Assembly (NCBI RefSeq): GCF_004010195.1
Contig: NC_057749.1
Coordinates: forward strand, 17,430,326-17,450,325
DNA length: 20,000 bases
Reading direction: 5' to 3'
Source: Chiloscyllium plagiosum
Taxonomy: Eukaryota
Part shown: positions 10,143-19,475 of the stretch, in pieces
How the letters are laid out: each line of letters opens with the position of its first letter
Position numbering within the stretch: position 1 is the stretch's first letter
Made by a program: the position numbers and the translations under genes
Notes under the pieces: model-generated
What the model was told of the DNA's origin: nothing
Seen by the model: only the letters and a program-made list of their open reading frames with translations
Databases searched by the model: none

Positions 10143-12588
10143 TCCAAGTTGGAAGGTTGGATCTGGAATGAGGTGGAAGGAGGGGATATGAGGAAACTGG
10201 TGAAATCCACATTGATGCCATGTGGTTGGAGGGTCCCATGGCAGAAGATGAGGCATTCTTCCTCTAGGCATTGGGTGGTAAAGGTTTGGTGGTGGAGGCG
10301 GCCCAGGACCTGAATGTCCTTGGGGGAGTGGGAGAGGGAGTAAAAGTGTACACCCACAGGCGGTGCGGTTGTTTGCTACATGTGTCCTGGAGGTGTTCTC
10401 TGAAGCGTTCCTCAAGTACCTGTCCTGCCTCAAAAATGTAGAGGAGACCACATTGCGAGCAATGGATACAGTAAATGACGTGTGGAAGTGCAGGTAAATC
10501 TCTGACAGATGTGGAAGGCTCCTTTGGGACCTCGGATGGAGGTAAGGGGAAGGTGCTGGGTGGGGGGGTGTTGGTGAAGGGCGTGGACCTGACGAGAGTC
10601 ACGAAGGGAATGGCCTTTACGGAACGTGGATAGGGGTGGGGAGGGAAATATATTCCTGGCAATGGGGTCTGTCTGTAGGTGGCGGAAATGCCGGAGGATG
10701 ATGCGATGCATCTGGAGGTTGGTGGAGTGGAAGGTGAGGACCAGGGGAGTGCTCTCCTTGTTGCAGCTGGAGGGTGGAGTTTAAGGGCGGAGGTGCAGGA
10801 AGTGGAGGAGATGTACTGGAGGGCATCGTCGGCCATGTGGGAGGGGAAATTGCGGTCTTTGAAGAAGGAGATTATCTGGTCTGTTCGTTGGTGGAATTGG
10901 TCCTCCTGGGAGCAGGTGCAGTGGAGGCAGTTGAATTGGGAATAAGGGGGTAGTGTTTTGACAGGAGGCATGGTGGGAGGAGGTGTAGTCCAGGTAGCTC
11001 TGGGAATCGATGGGTTTGTAGTAGATGTCCGTGTTGAGTTGGTCACCATTAATGGAGATGGAGAGGTCCAGGAAGGGGAGGGAGGTTTCAGAGATGGTCT
11101 AGGTGAACTTATGATCGGGGTGGAATGTGCTGGTGAAGTTGATGAACTGTTCCAATGTCCTCGTGGTGCTGATACAGTCATCGATGTAGCAGAGGAAAAG
11201 TTGGAGAATGGCGCCGGTGTAGCTGCGGAAGATGGACTGTTCCATGTACCTGACGAAGAGATAGGCATAGCTGGGGTACATGCTACCCCGGTGATCTGGA
11301 TGAAGTGGGAGGATTCAAAGGAGAAATTACTGTGGGTGAGGACCAGTTCAGCCAAACTAACAAGAGTGTCAGTGGAAGGGTACTGGTGGGGATGATGGGG
11401 GAAGAAGGAATGGAGGGCTTGGAGGCCTTCATCATGACAGATAGATGTGAATAGGGACTAGATGTCCATGGTGAAGATGTGGCATTGGGGGCTGGGGAAA
11501 TGAAAGTCATGGAGGAGGTGGAGGGAGTGGGTGGTGTCTCGAACATAGGTGGAGAGTTCCTGGACCAGGGGGGATATGACTGTTTCAAGGTATGTGGAGA
11601 TGAATTTGGTGGGGTAGGAGCAGGCCAAGACGACGGGTCGGCTGGGGCAGTCATGTTTGTGACTTTTGGCGTAGGAGGTAGAACCGGCCGTGTGGGGTTC
11701 CCAGACTGAGGTTTGGAGGCTGTGGGTGGCAGATCCCTTGAGGTGATGAGGTTGTGTATGGTCTGGGAGATGATAGTTTGGTGATGGGAGATGAGGTCAT
11801 GATCAAGCGGTCTGTAGGTGGAGGTGTCTGCAAGTTGGTGCCTGGCTTCAGCAGTGTAGAGGTCAGTGCGCAAACTACCAATGCTGCCAGGACATTGACT
11901 GCCTCAACTTGTCGTCCTTTGCTGCAATAGTTTATCAGTTCAGCCCTAGATCTTTTCTTGTTTTAGAATGTTTTTCTTTTAAGGCTTTTAATTTTTCTGA
12001 CTTTCCAGTTGGAAAGAGAGGGGGGGTTTGGGAGAGATGGATGCTTTCTGCCTTCAGGCTATTTTTTCTGTTCTTTGCTGCCTTTGATTCTTAATCTTTT
12101 TAACAGTACAGCTCAATTGGACAGGGTTGTTGTCAGGCAGAATTTTTTTATAAGCTGAAATGACATGGTGCCATTCAGTCTCAGATTCTTGCACTCACTG
12201 CTTCAAACAACAGCATAAAATCTCAGCTCAAAAAATACGCAGCACCTGATTTTTTTTTTAAGTTCTACAACACTTCTATTTCAGTCCAACTTGCAATTTC
12301 ACTTTATATTTCCTAAAATAAAAAGTATGTGGTCTCTACACAAGATAATTATTAGGACCTATGGCTAGTTTGTTGCTTTCCTCCCTATCTCCAAACATTG
12401 AGACTAATTATGATAATTCTACTGCTGGTTAACTCTACAATTGAAGATGAAAGCTGGGACCTTCCATTGTTTATTATTCAATTCATACTGGACATTACAT
12501 TTTGCTGGCTGAGACATTTGAGGGATTATGGGGGCACTAATTACTCTAGGCTACCATAGCTTTACACAGTCTTCTGTTTGATGTACAG

Positions 12589-12781
12589 TATGACCCCGAG
12601 TTATCATCTCGGCAGTTCGGAGTGGAGGTCTCCAGACTTACCAATGATGAGAGGTCAGTTCCATTGGTGGTGGAGAAACTGATCAACTACATTGAAATGC
12701 ATGGCTTGTATACTGAAGGAATCTATAGGAAGTCTGGATCAACCAACAAAATCAAGGAGCTCAAGCAGGGCCTGGACACAG
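12589..12781 (+). CDS. MYO9A: MYO9A exon, start of RhoGAP domain: [64 protein letters not shown]
   Basis: tacAG acceptor; G|GTAAGG donor; 193 nt, phase 0-1; EGIYRKSG arginine-finger motif (Arg codon AGG 12727-12729). Confidence 0.96.
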
Positions 12782-13222
12782 GTAAGGAAGGCTCCCAAAC
12801 TGGGTACTTTGACAGATTCCACCGGTAGGTTGGAATCTGTTCTGCAGTTCAAAGTGTCACCTTAACATATGTATGCTTAAAACTGAATCAAACAAAATTT
12901 AAGAGTGCAATGAGTAATTCTATCCTAGAGTTTTATAAATACTATGAAGGGCGATAACAAATGTTTTGATGAGATGGGGTGCACTTTTTATGTCATTGCT
13001 TGGTTAAAATTCAATAACATTCCACATTAAGATACTATGTGGATTACAGGTTCAAAAACGTTTACTATTTGTGTGACATACAGGCTTTGCTTTTGGGTGT
13101 CCACATGTCAAAAATATACTTTTAAAATGTGGGATGTAGATGATTCTCATTTCCATATGGAAGCCTTTTAAAACTGCTTGCTATTTCTTTGTTTCTGGGC
13201 TGACTGGGATTTCTTCTTGCAG

Positions 13223-13351
13223 ATATTAACAGCATGAATCTGGATGAGTATAACATTCATGTCATTGCCAGTGTTTTCAAACAGTGGTTGAGGGACCTCC
13301 CTAATCCTTTGATGACGTTTGAACTCTATGATGAGGTTCTGCGAGCAATGG
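13223..13351 (+). CDS. MYO9A: MYO9A RhoGAP exon: (D)INSMNLDEYNIHVIASVFKQWLRDLPNPLMTFELYDEVLRAM
   Basis: ttcttcttgcAG acceptor; G|GTAAGC donor; 129 nt, phase 1-1; K-x-W-L-R-D-L-P-x-P-L RhoGAP motif. Confidence 0.96.
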
Positions 13352-13550
13352 GTAAGCGGGAGTTGTATCCATTCAATTATTTGTGAATCATAGAAATGGA
13401 TTCAGTCATTTTAGTAACATGCAAACGAGATGAAGAAAACAAAGAATTCAGCTTTTGGCTGGCATTTTCTAGTAATATCATATGTAGCTGCTGTGATCAA
13501 TTTTCTGTGTAAGCAATGAACTGTGTGTTTTTGGCCGAATGTAAAATATC

Positions 13551-15348
13551 ATTGAGTTTTTTGAAGAAGTAACAAAAAGGATTGAAGGCTTAGCTGTGGA
13601 CGTTATCTGTATCGACTTCAGTAAGGCGTTCGACAAGGTTCCTCAAGATAGACTGCTTAGCAAGGTTCGGTCACACAGAACAGAAGGAGAACCAGCTATT
13701 TAGATACAGAACTGGCTCAAAGGTAGAAGACGGAGTGGTGGAGGATTGCTTTTCAGATTGGAGGCCTGTGACCAGTGGTGTGCCACAAGGATTGGTGCTG
13801 AGTCTGTTGCTTTCCATCATTTATATAAATGATTTGGATGTGAACATAGGAGGTATGGTCAGTAAGTTTGCAGGTGACACCACAATTGGTGGTGTAGTGG
13901 ACAGGAAAGAAGGTTACCTCAGAGTTTAACCGGACTGTGATCGGATGGGCCAATGCGCCGATGAGTGGGGCAGATGGAGTTTAATTTAGATAAATGTGAG
14001 ATGCTGCATTTTGGAAAGGCAAATCAGGGCAGAACTTATACACTTAATGGTAAGGTCCTGGAGATTACTGCTGAACAAAGAGACCTTGGAGTGCAGGTTC
14101 ATAGCTCTTTCAAAGTGGAGTTGCAGGTAGATGGGATAATGAAGAAAATGTTTGGTATACTTGCCTTTATTGGTCAGTGCATTGAATAAAGGAGTTGGGA
14201 GGTCTTGTGGCTTTACAGAACATTGGTTAGGCCACTATTGGAATATTGCATGCAATTCTGGTCTCCCTGCTCAAGGAAGGATGTTGTGAAACTTGAAAGT
14301 ATTCAAAAAATATTTTCAAGGATCTTCCCAGATTAGGAGGGTTTGAACTTTAGGGAGAGGCTGAATAGGTTTGGCTATTTTCCCTGGAGCGCCAGAGGCT
14401 GAGGGGCGACCTTATAGAGGTTTAGGTCAGTAAGTTTGCAGGTGACACCACAATTGGTGGTGTAGTGGACAGGAAAGAAGGTTACCTCAGAGTTTAACCG
14501 GACTGTGATCGGATGGGCCAATGCGCCGATGAGTGGGGCAGATGGAGTTTAATTTAGATAAATGTGAGATGCTGCATTTTGGAAAGGCAAATCAGGGCAG
14601 AACTTATACACTTAATGGTAAGGTCCTGGCGATTACTGCTGAACAAAGAGACCTTGGAGTGCAGGTTCATAGCTCTTTCAAAGTGGAGTTGCAGGTAGAT
14701 GGGATAATGAAGAAAACGTTTGGTATACTTGCCTTTATTGGTCAGTGCATTGAATAAAGGAGTTGGGAGGTCTTGTGGCTTTACAGAACATTGGTTAGGC
14801 CACTATTGGAATATTGCATGCAATTCTGGTCTCCCTGCTCAAGGAAGGATGTTGTGAAACTTGAAAGTATTCAAAAAATATTTTCAAGGATCTTCCCAGA
14901 TTAGGAGGGTTTGAACTTTAGGGAGAGGCTGAATAGGTTTGGCTATTTTCCCTGGAGCGCCAGAGGCTGAGGGGCGACCTTATAGAGGTTTATAAGATCA
15001 TGAGGGGCATGGATGGGATAAATAGCCATGGTCTTTTCCGCAGGGTGTGGGAGACTAAAACTAGAGGGCATAGGTTTAAGGTGAGAGGGGAAAGATTTAA
15101 AAGGGATCTAAGAAGTGCCTTTTTCACTCAGAGGGTGATGCATGTACAGAATGAGCTGCCAGAGGAAGTGGTGAAGGCTGGTACAATTACAACTTTTAGA
15201 AGGCATCTGCTTGTTTGTATGAATAGAGATGGTTTAGTGGGATGTGGGCCAAGTGCTGGAAAATGGGACTATATTAATTTAGGATATTTGGTTGGCATGG
15301 ATGAGTTGGACCCTAGGGTCTAGTTCCATGCTGTCTATTTTGATTCTT
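13551..15348 (+). mobile_element. CR1 LINE (RT C-terminal half + 3' tail), dead, with an internal tandem duplication
   Basis: DFSKAFDKVP, TSGVPQGLVL, YINDLD, SKFAGDT, MEFNLDKC, HRFKVRGERFKRDLR and a 3' tail; in-frame stops. Confidence 0.93.
13857..14992 (+). repeat. Tandem direct duplication, 2 x 568 bp (13857-14424 / 14425-14992)
   Basis: Copies look identical by eye except 14062 A vs 14630 C and 14149 T vs 14717 C; the ORFs at 13965 and 14533 are offset by 568. Confidence 0.95.
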
Positions 15349-15364
15349 GTCATTTTTGACTCAG

Positions 15365-15835
15365 TTAATTGCTCTTTTCTCTGAGTCAGAAGGTTGTGGG
15401 CTTGGGCCAAGTTCCCAAGATTTATTTATACCGAAGGAGTGCAACCTTTTTGGAAAAGGTTTCCATCTGATTTTGGAAGCTGTAATCCTAATATTAGAGC
15501 TATACATGCTGTAATACCAGCTTACACCTTTTCATGAAGAAAATATTGCATGTGTTTTTTAAGGTTGGGGTTACAGGCAGAAAGAAATCTGGGACCAATC
15601 TTGACACTAGCCACCCAGCCGGTTGAGCCCGAAGGATTCGGAGTTGCTGTGACAACTTACATTAATATATGTATACTGTAGCCTGGAGCTACACATAATG
15701 ATAATGTAGGCTGCAATTTCTCTGCTTCACGTTGTGAAATGACTGCCATGTTTATCTATGAGGTCAAGAGATTTCAAAGTAATTCTGAGTACATGAAGCA
15801 TTTTTGAGAGATGTGAAGCAGCACTGAACGAATAT
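15365..15835 (+). mobile_element. Old Deu-domain SINE relics (SacSINE/AmnSINE-like head at ~15365-15420, tail at ~15725-15835)
   Basis: 'ctctgagtcagaaggttgtggg' head-like motif; the tail 'gtgaaatgactgccatgttt...tcaaagtaattc...tgaagcatttttgagagatgtga' is similar to 16460-16580. Confidence 0.45.
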
Positions 15836-16459
15836 GCCACTTATTGCTAACATGATGTTATTGAGATATCGCATGACTAACCAGGAATCTCTTGCTTTTA
15901 CTGCCTACCATTGGTAAATATCAGAAGGATTTACATGGTTAAATTTAACTTGTTTGGCCATGGTGTACGTACTTTCCTTGGGAGACTTAAGTCTGAGTTT
16001 CTGGCATAAAGACAGGGCTGTTGGGTACTGTTCCACAACTCTCCTAATGGGGTGTTTAGGAAAACAATTTTGGAGTATTGAGATGCTCTACTGGGACATT
16101 CGACTGGGACAAAAATGCCCAGCAAATTAGACTGAAGAGCTAAGGGGCTGAGCAGAAATGTAAGTTGGTAAAATATTGTATATCCCAGTTGGAGTGAGGC
16201 CATGGAAGAATTTGTAAACTAGGAGAAGTCATTAGCAAAAATGGGTAGTAACAGTTCACCATATTGTAAGAGGGACCAAGTGCTGAATAAGTTTGACTCT
16301 TTCTCTGACTGGGTTAAGAAGTCACTGAGATGAATATTGGAGGAATAAACCTGAAAGTAGACAGGTCTCAAAAAAGGCGGGAGAGGGGTCTCCGAATATC
16401 CTGACCAAGATTTCCCCAACACTACCAAGAAACAGATTAAACTGAACACATCTCAGTAA

Positions 16460-16582
16460 ATCTTGCTGTGATAAAATGACTGCTATGTTTGCATAGGTAA
16501 GAAGTCACTGTGTGTGAAGTAATTCAGTGTATGTGAAGCACTTCAAGAGAGGTTTGAGAATATGATAAGGCATTAAGTAAAC
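16460..16582 (+). mobile_element. Old Deu-domain SINE 3' relic
   Basis: 'cttgctgtgataaaatgactgctatgtttg...aagtaattcagtgtatgtgaagcacttc...tgataaggcattaagtaaa' resembles the recalled DeuSINE 3' region; a related copy lies at ~15725-15835. Confidence 0.5.
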
Positions 16583-16872
16583 ACCTTATAATATCTTATC
16601 AAGACAGCTCAATTAAAAAAAACCTGCTGCAGTCTCACTTGCATTGTAAAAATGGTTAAGGCTGGCTTAAAGAACTAATGACCTATTCAAAATTTGGAAC
16701 TGCTTGAGTCAGTGTTGTCCTGTAGACCTGATCTAATTAATCCATCTGATGTTCTGACAGTCACCTTCTCTTTCTAACCTTCCTGAAACGGCTTCTTGTT
16801 GCTGGGATATAGCTTTATCAGAATATACAGTCCTTTGGTGTTTCACCTCAATTTATCATTCTTAGGAGAACT

Positions 16873-16995
16873 GTTCCGACAAAGGATCACAGGATTTGAA
16901 ATGTTAACTATTTTTCTCTCAACAGAGCTGTCTCCTGTTGTTTCTCCTGTACACTGCTTATGTTTCAAAATTGTCAGCATTCACACTCCTTTGAG
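16873..16995 (+). mobile_element. Possible ancient Penelope terminal-repeat relic with eroded hammerhead motif
   Basis: GTT-CCGACAA-AGGATC-ACAG-GATTT-GAAAT-GTT-AAC followed by 'tttctctcaacagagctg...cagcattcaca', in the same motif order as the other Penelope termini. Confidence 0.4.
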
Positions 16996-17259
16996 TGCAT
17001 GCTGATGGGAATTTTAACTCATTTTCATCTCTGTGCTGAGCCTAATTTTAACAACCCTACTACTCCATTAGCTAATTAACTGATTCATTGAAGAACAAGA
17101 ATGCTACTTTGAGCCTTCTTGCTCTATATGATTAAACATTTTAAAAAGTAAATGATATTGATCAGAGTTACAGATTAGCATTCAGTCTTGATATAATTTT
17201 CCACCCCATTATTGAATTGTGCGTTTTGATGAGATAAAAATTACTTTGTATAATTGCAG

Positions 17260-17365
17260 GTCTCCCAGACAGAAAGGAAATAATTAGAGGTGTGTATTCC
17301 ATAATTGATCAGTTGTCTCGAACTCACATCAACACACTTGAACGGCTCATCTTTCATCTTGTAAG
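17260..17365 (+). CDS. MYO9A: MYO9A RhoGAP exon: (G)LPDRKEIIRGVYSIIDQLSRTHINTLERLIFHLV
   Basis: ttgcAG acceptor; AG|GTAAAT donor; 106 nt, phase 1-2. Confidence 0.95.
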
Positions 17366-17633
17366 GTAAATATTTGACTGATATGCATTAGATTTTTAAG
17401 TGTAGTTCTGCAGCAGAAGATTGATCAATTTGCACTTTACCATTTTCTTCATGGTTAAGGGTAAACATTATGTTGGCATTTTAAGTTCTAGATTCAGTTC
17501 ATGCTGGTTATGGGGAAGATTTCATTAAAGGAAAAATGATCCACATCAGAGCAAGAGCATTTTGTCTGAAGTTCTGTCAGACCATTTGTTCTCATCCATA
17601 CTAAATGTTATTGCTTTTCCATTCCTTCACCTG

Positions 17634-17850
17634 TTGAAACTTTATTGCTGGAACAGCACAGCAGGTCAGGCAGCATCCAGGGAACAGGAGATTCGACGTT
17701 TCGGGCACAGGCCCTTCTTCAGGAATGAGGGCCTGTGCCCGAAACGTCGAATCTCCTGTTCCCTGGATGCTGCCTGACCTGCTGTGCTGTTCCAGCAATA
17801 AAGTTTCAACTTTGATCTCCAGCATCTGCAGACCTCACTTTCTCCTCGAA
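17634..17850. mobile_element. Penelope-derived fold-back mini-element with perfect 83-bp arms and 14-bp TSD
   Basis: 17633-17715 is the exact reverse complement of 17728-17810 (12-nt loop). TSD CATTCCTTCACCTG at 17620-17633 and 17851-17864. The tail 'cagcatctgcagacctcactttctcc' matches the Penelope 3' terminus at 9976-10000. Confidence 0.92.
17691..17726 (-). ncRNA. Minimal type I hammerhead ribozyme (Penelope-type), intact core
   Basis: Minus strand AUUC-CUGAAGA-A-GGGC-CUGU-GCCC-GAAAC-GUC-GAAU: stem I AUUC/GAAU, CUGANGA core, stem II GGGC/GCCC, GAAA, palindromic ACGU stem III, GUC cleavage triplet. Confidence 0.82.
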
Positions 17851-18275
17851 CATTCCTTCACCTGGTTGTTTCTAAAATTAATCTACTACCTTGGCCTCAA
17901 GACACTTTAGCAATTGATCATTCAGTTGTTTAACTGTTTTATTATTTCCAACTTCACCCTTTTTAGAAGGTTAGAGTTCTGCTTTGACCTTGTGTACTGA
18001 GCATTGTGCATTGGTAACAGAAAAGTATTTGCCAAATGTAGTTGGTAAGAATACTTTTCATAAATCATAATTATGATTTTTTTGTCAAACTTGCAGCTTA
18101 ACCATCATAAATGTGCAAAAGGTACATCTTGTATATGAAGATTTCCCCACTGCTAGGACTATAGCAAGACCTTCTGTGTATTCCCAGCATATTTTTTTTA
18201 TATTTGCAGAGTTGACAGGTTATCATTGTTTCTCTCTACTCCCTCATTCACCCAACTTAATTGCTGCATTTCCAG

Positions 18276-18407
18276 AATTGCACTACAAGAAGAAACCAAC
18301 CGGATGTCTTCAAATGCACTGGCTATTGTCTTTGCTCCATGTATTCTTCGATGTCCGGACACCACTGACCCATTACAAAGCGTACAAGATATTTCAAAAA
18401 CCACTGC
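18276..18407 (+). CDS. MYO9A: MYO9A RhoGAP exon: (R)[43 protein letters not shown]
   Basis: tttccAG acceptor; GC|GTAAGG donor; 132 nt, phase 2-2; N-x-M-x3-A-L-A-I-V-F-A-P RhoGAP motif. Confidence 0.96.
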
Positions 18408-18732
18408 GTAAGGATGCTTTTGTTTCTTAATGACATTTCCGACACTTTCTAATAAAAAGTCATAGTGGTACAATACTGGGATGGTGAAAGCAGATTTTGG
18501 AGTTTTTATTGTAACAATTGCACAAGTTGACCCATTATGCTGGTAGCTTATGTAGTGCTATCTTTTTGAAATCCCATGTCAGGCAGATTGTTCCTGGATT
18601 CATCTATGAAAATAACTGCCAGTTTTACCAGTGTCTTAATGTTTATTACATCAAGTAATTCAAATGTGTACAATTCATTTTTAAATACGAAAAATGTGAT
18701 GAAGTCTAGTGCAAATAAGCGACCCTTCCTTT

Positions 18733-19475
18733 AGAACATAGAAAAGTATAGCACAGAACAGGCCTTTCAGCCCATGATATTGTGCCAAAGATTATTCCTA
18801 ATCTAAAATAAAATAACCTAACCTACACACCCCTCAATTCACTGCTGTCCATGCACATGTCCAGCAGTTGCTTAAATGTCCCTAATGGCTCTGCTTCCAC
18901 CACCACAGGCAATGCATTCACAACTCTCTGTGTAAAGAATCTTCCTCTGACCTCTATACCTTCCTCCTAATATCTTAAAACGATGATCCCTTGTGTCAGT
19001 CAATCCTGTCCTGAGGAAAAGTCTCTGGCTATTGACTCTATCCATGCCTCTCATTATCTTGTATACCTCGATCAGGTCACCTCTCTTCCTCCTTCTCTCC
19101 AGAGAGAATAGTCCCAGCTTAGTCAACCTCTCTTCATAAGATAAGCCCTCCAGTCCAGGCAGCATCCTGGTAAACTTTCTTTGCACCCTTTCCAAAGCCT
19201 CCGTATCTTTCCTATAATAGGGCGACCAGAACTGGACACAATATTCCAAGTGTGGTCTCACCAGTCTTGTAGAGCTGCAGCAAAACCTCGCGACTCATAT
19301 CCTTGATCCCCCTGCTAATGAAAGCCAAAACACCATATGCTTTCTTAACAACCCTATCCACTTGGATGGCCACTTTGAGAGATCTATGTACTTGAACACC
19401 AAGATCCCTCTGTTTCTCTACACTGCCAAGAATCCTGTCTTTAATCCTATATTTAGTATTTAAGTTCGACCTTCC
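18733..19475 (-). mobile_element. CR1 LINE 3' portion, relatively young
   Basis: 129-aa ORF RPHLEYCVQFWSPYYRKDTEALERVQRKFTRMLPGLEGLSYEERL...RGDLIEVYKIMRG; 3' tail with (tctatgttct)-type end near 18733. Confidence 0.93.

Larger units (their letters stand above)
9975..11890 (-). mobile_element. Penelope-like retroelement, 5'-truncated and frameshifted (RT + GIY-YIG endonuclease + 3' terminal repeat)
   Basis: Minus-strand RT motifs ELVLTHSNFSF..HFIQITGVA, PSYAYLFVRYMEQ and FLCYIDDC. GIY-YIG region HVIYCIHCSQCGLLYIFEAGQVLEERFREHL, ending LQPHGINVDF. Hammerhead-like motif in the 3' terminus. Confidence 0.92.
1124..18407 (+). other. MYO9A: Partial multi-exon gene: unconventional myosin IXA (tail, C1 domain, RhoGAP domain); gene extends beyond both window ends
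   Basis: Ten exons join in frame across canonical GT-AG introns with matching phases. The peptide (...KEFKENKEPSPK...SIRYKDLYALFEQILEK...ERKKRRKKETD...[12 protein letters not shown]...[15 protein letters not shown]...[19 protein letters not shown]) closely matches my recollection of vertebrate MYO9A rather than MYO9B. Confidence 0.96.

Noticed and set aside
10264..11873. Long Pro/Ser/Thr-rich ORFs (363 aa, 196 aa) and Gly/Val-rich antisense ORFs as novel proteins
   Set aside because: They are out-of-frame or antisense readings of the frameshifted, C-rich Penelope ORF; only short segments are in the true RT/EN frame.
13965..14757. Duplicated 74-aa gene pair
   Set aside because: These are CR1 ORF2 fragments within the 568-bp tandem duplication, bounded by stops.
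17728..17752. Second hammerhead on the + strand of the fold-back element
   Set aside because: This arm has stem II and GAAACGUC but lacks the CUGANGA core (it reads GGAAUGA), so it is incomplete in cis.
1124..18407. MYO9B or a processed/pseudogenised copy
   Set aside because: The peptide matches recalled MYO9A-specific sequence; introns are present, and all ten exons are open with canonical splice sites.
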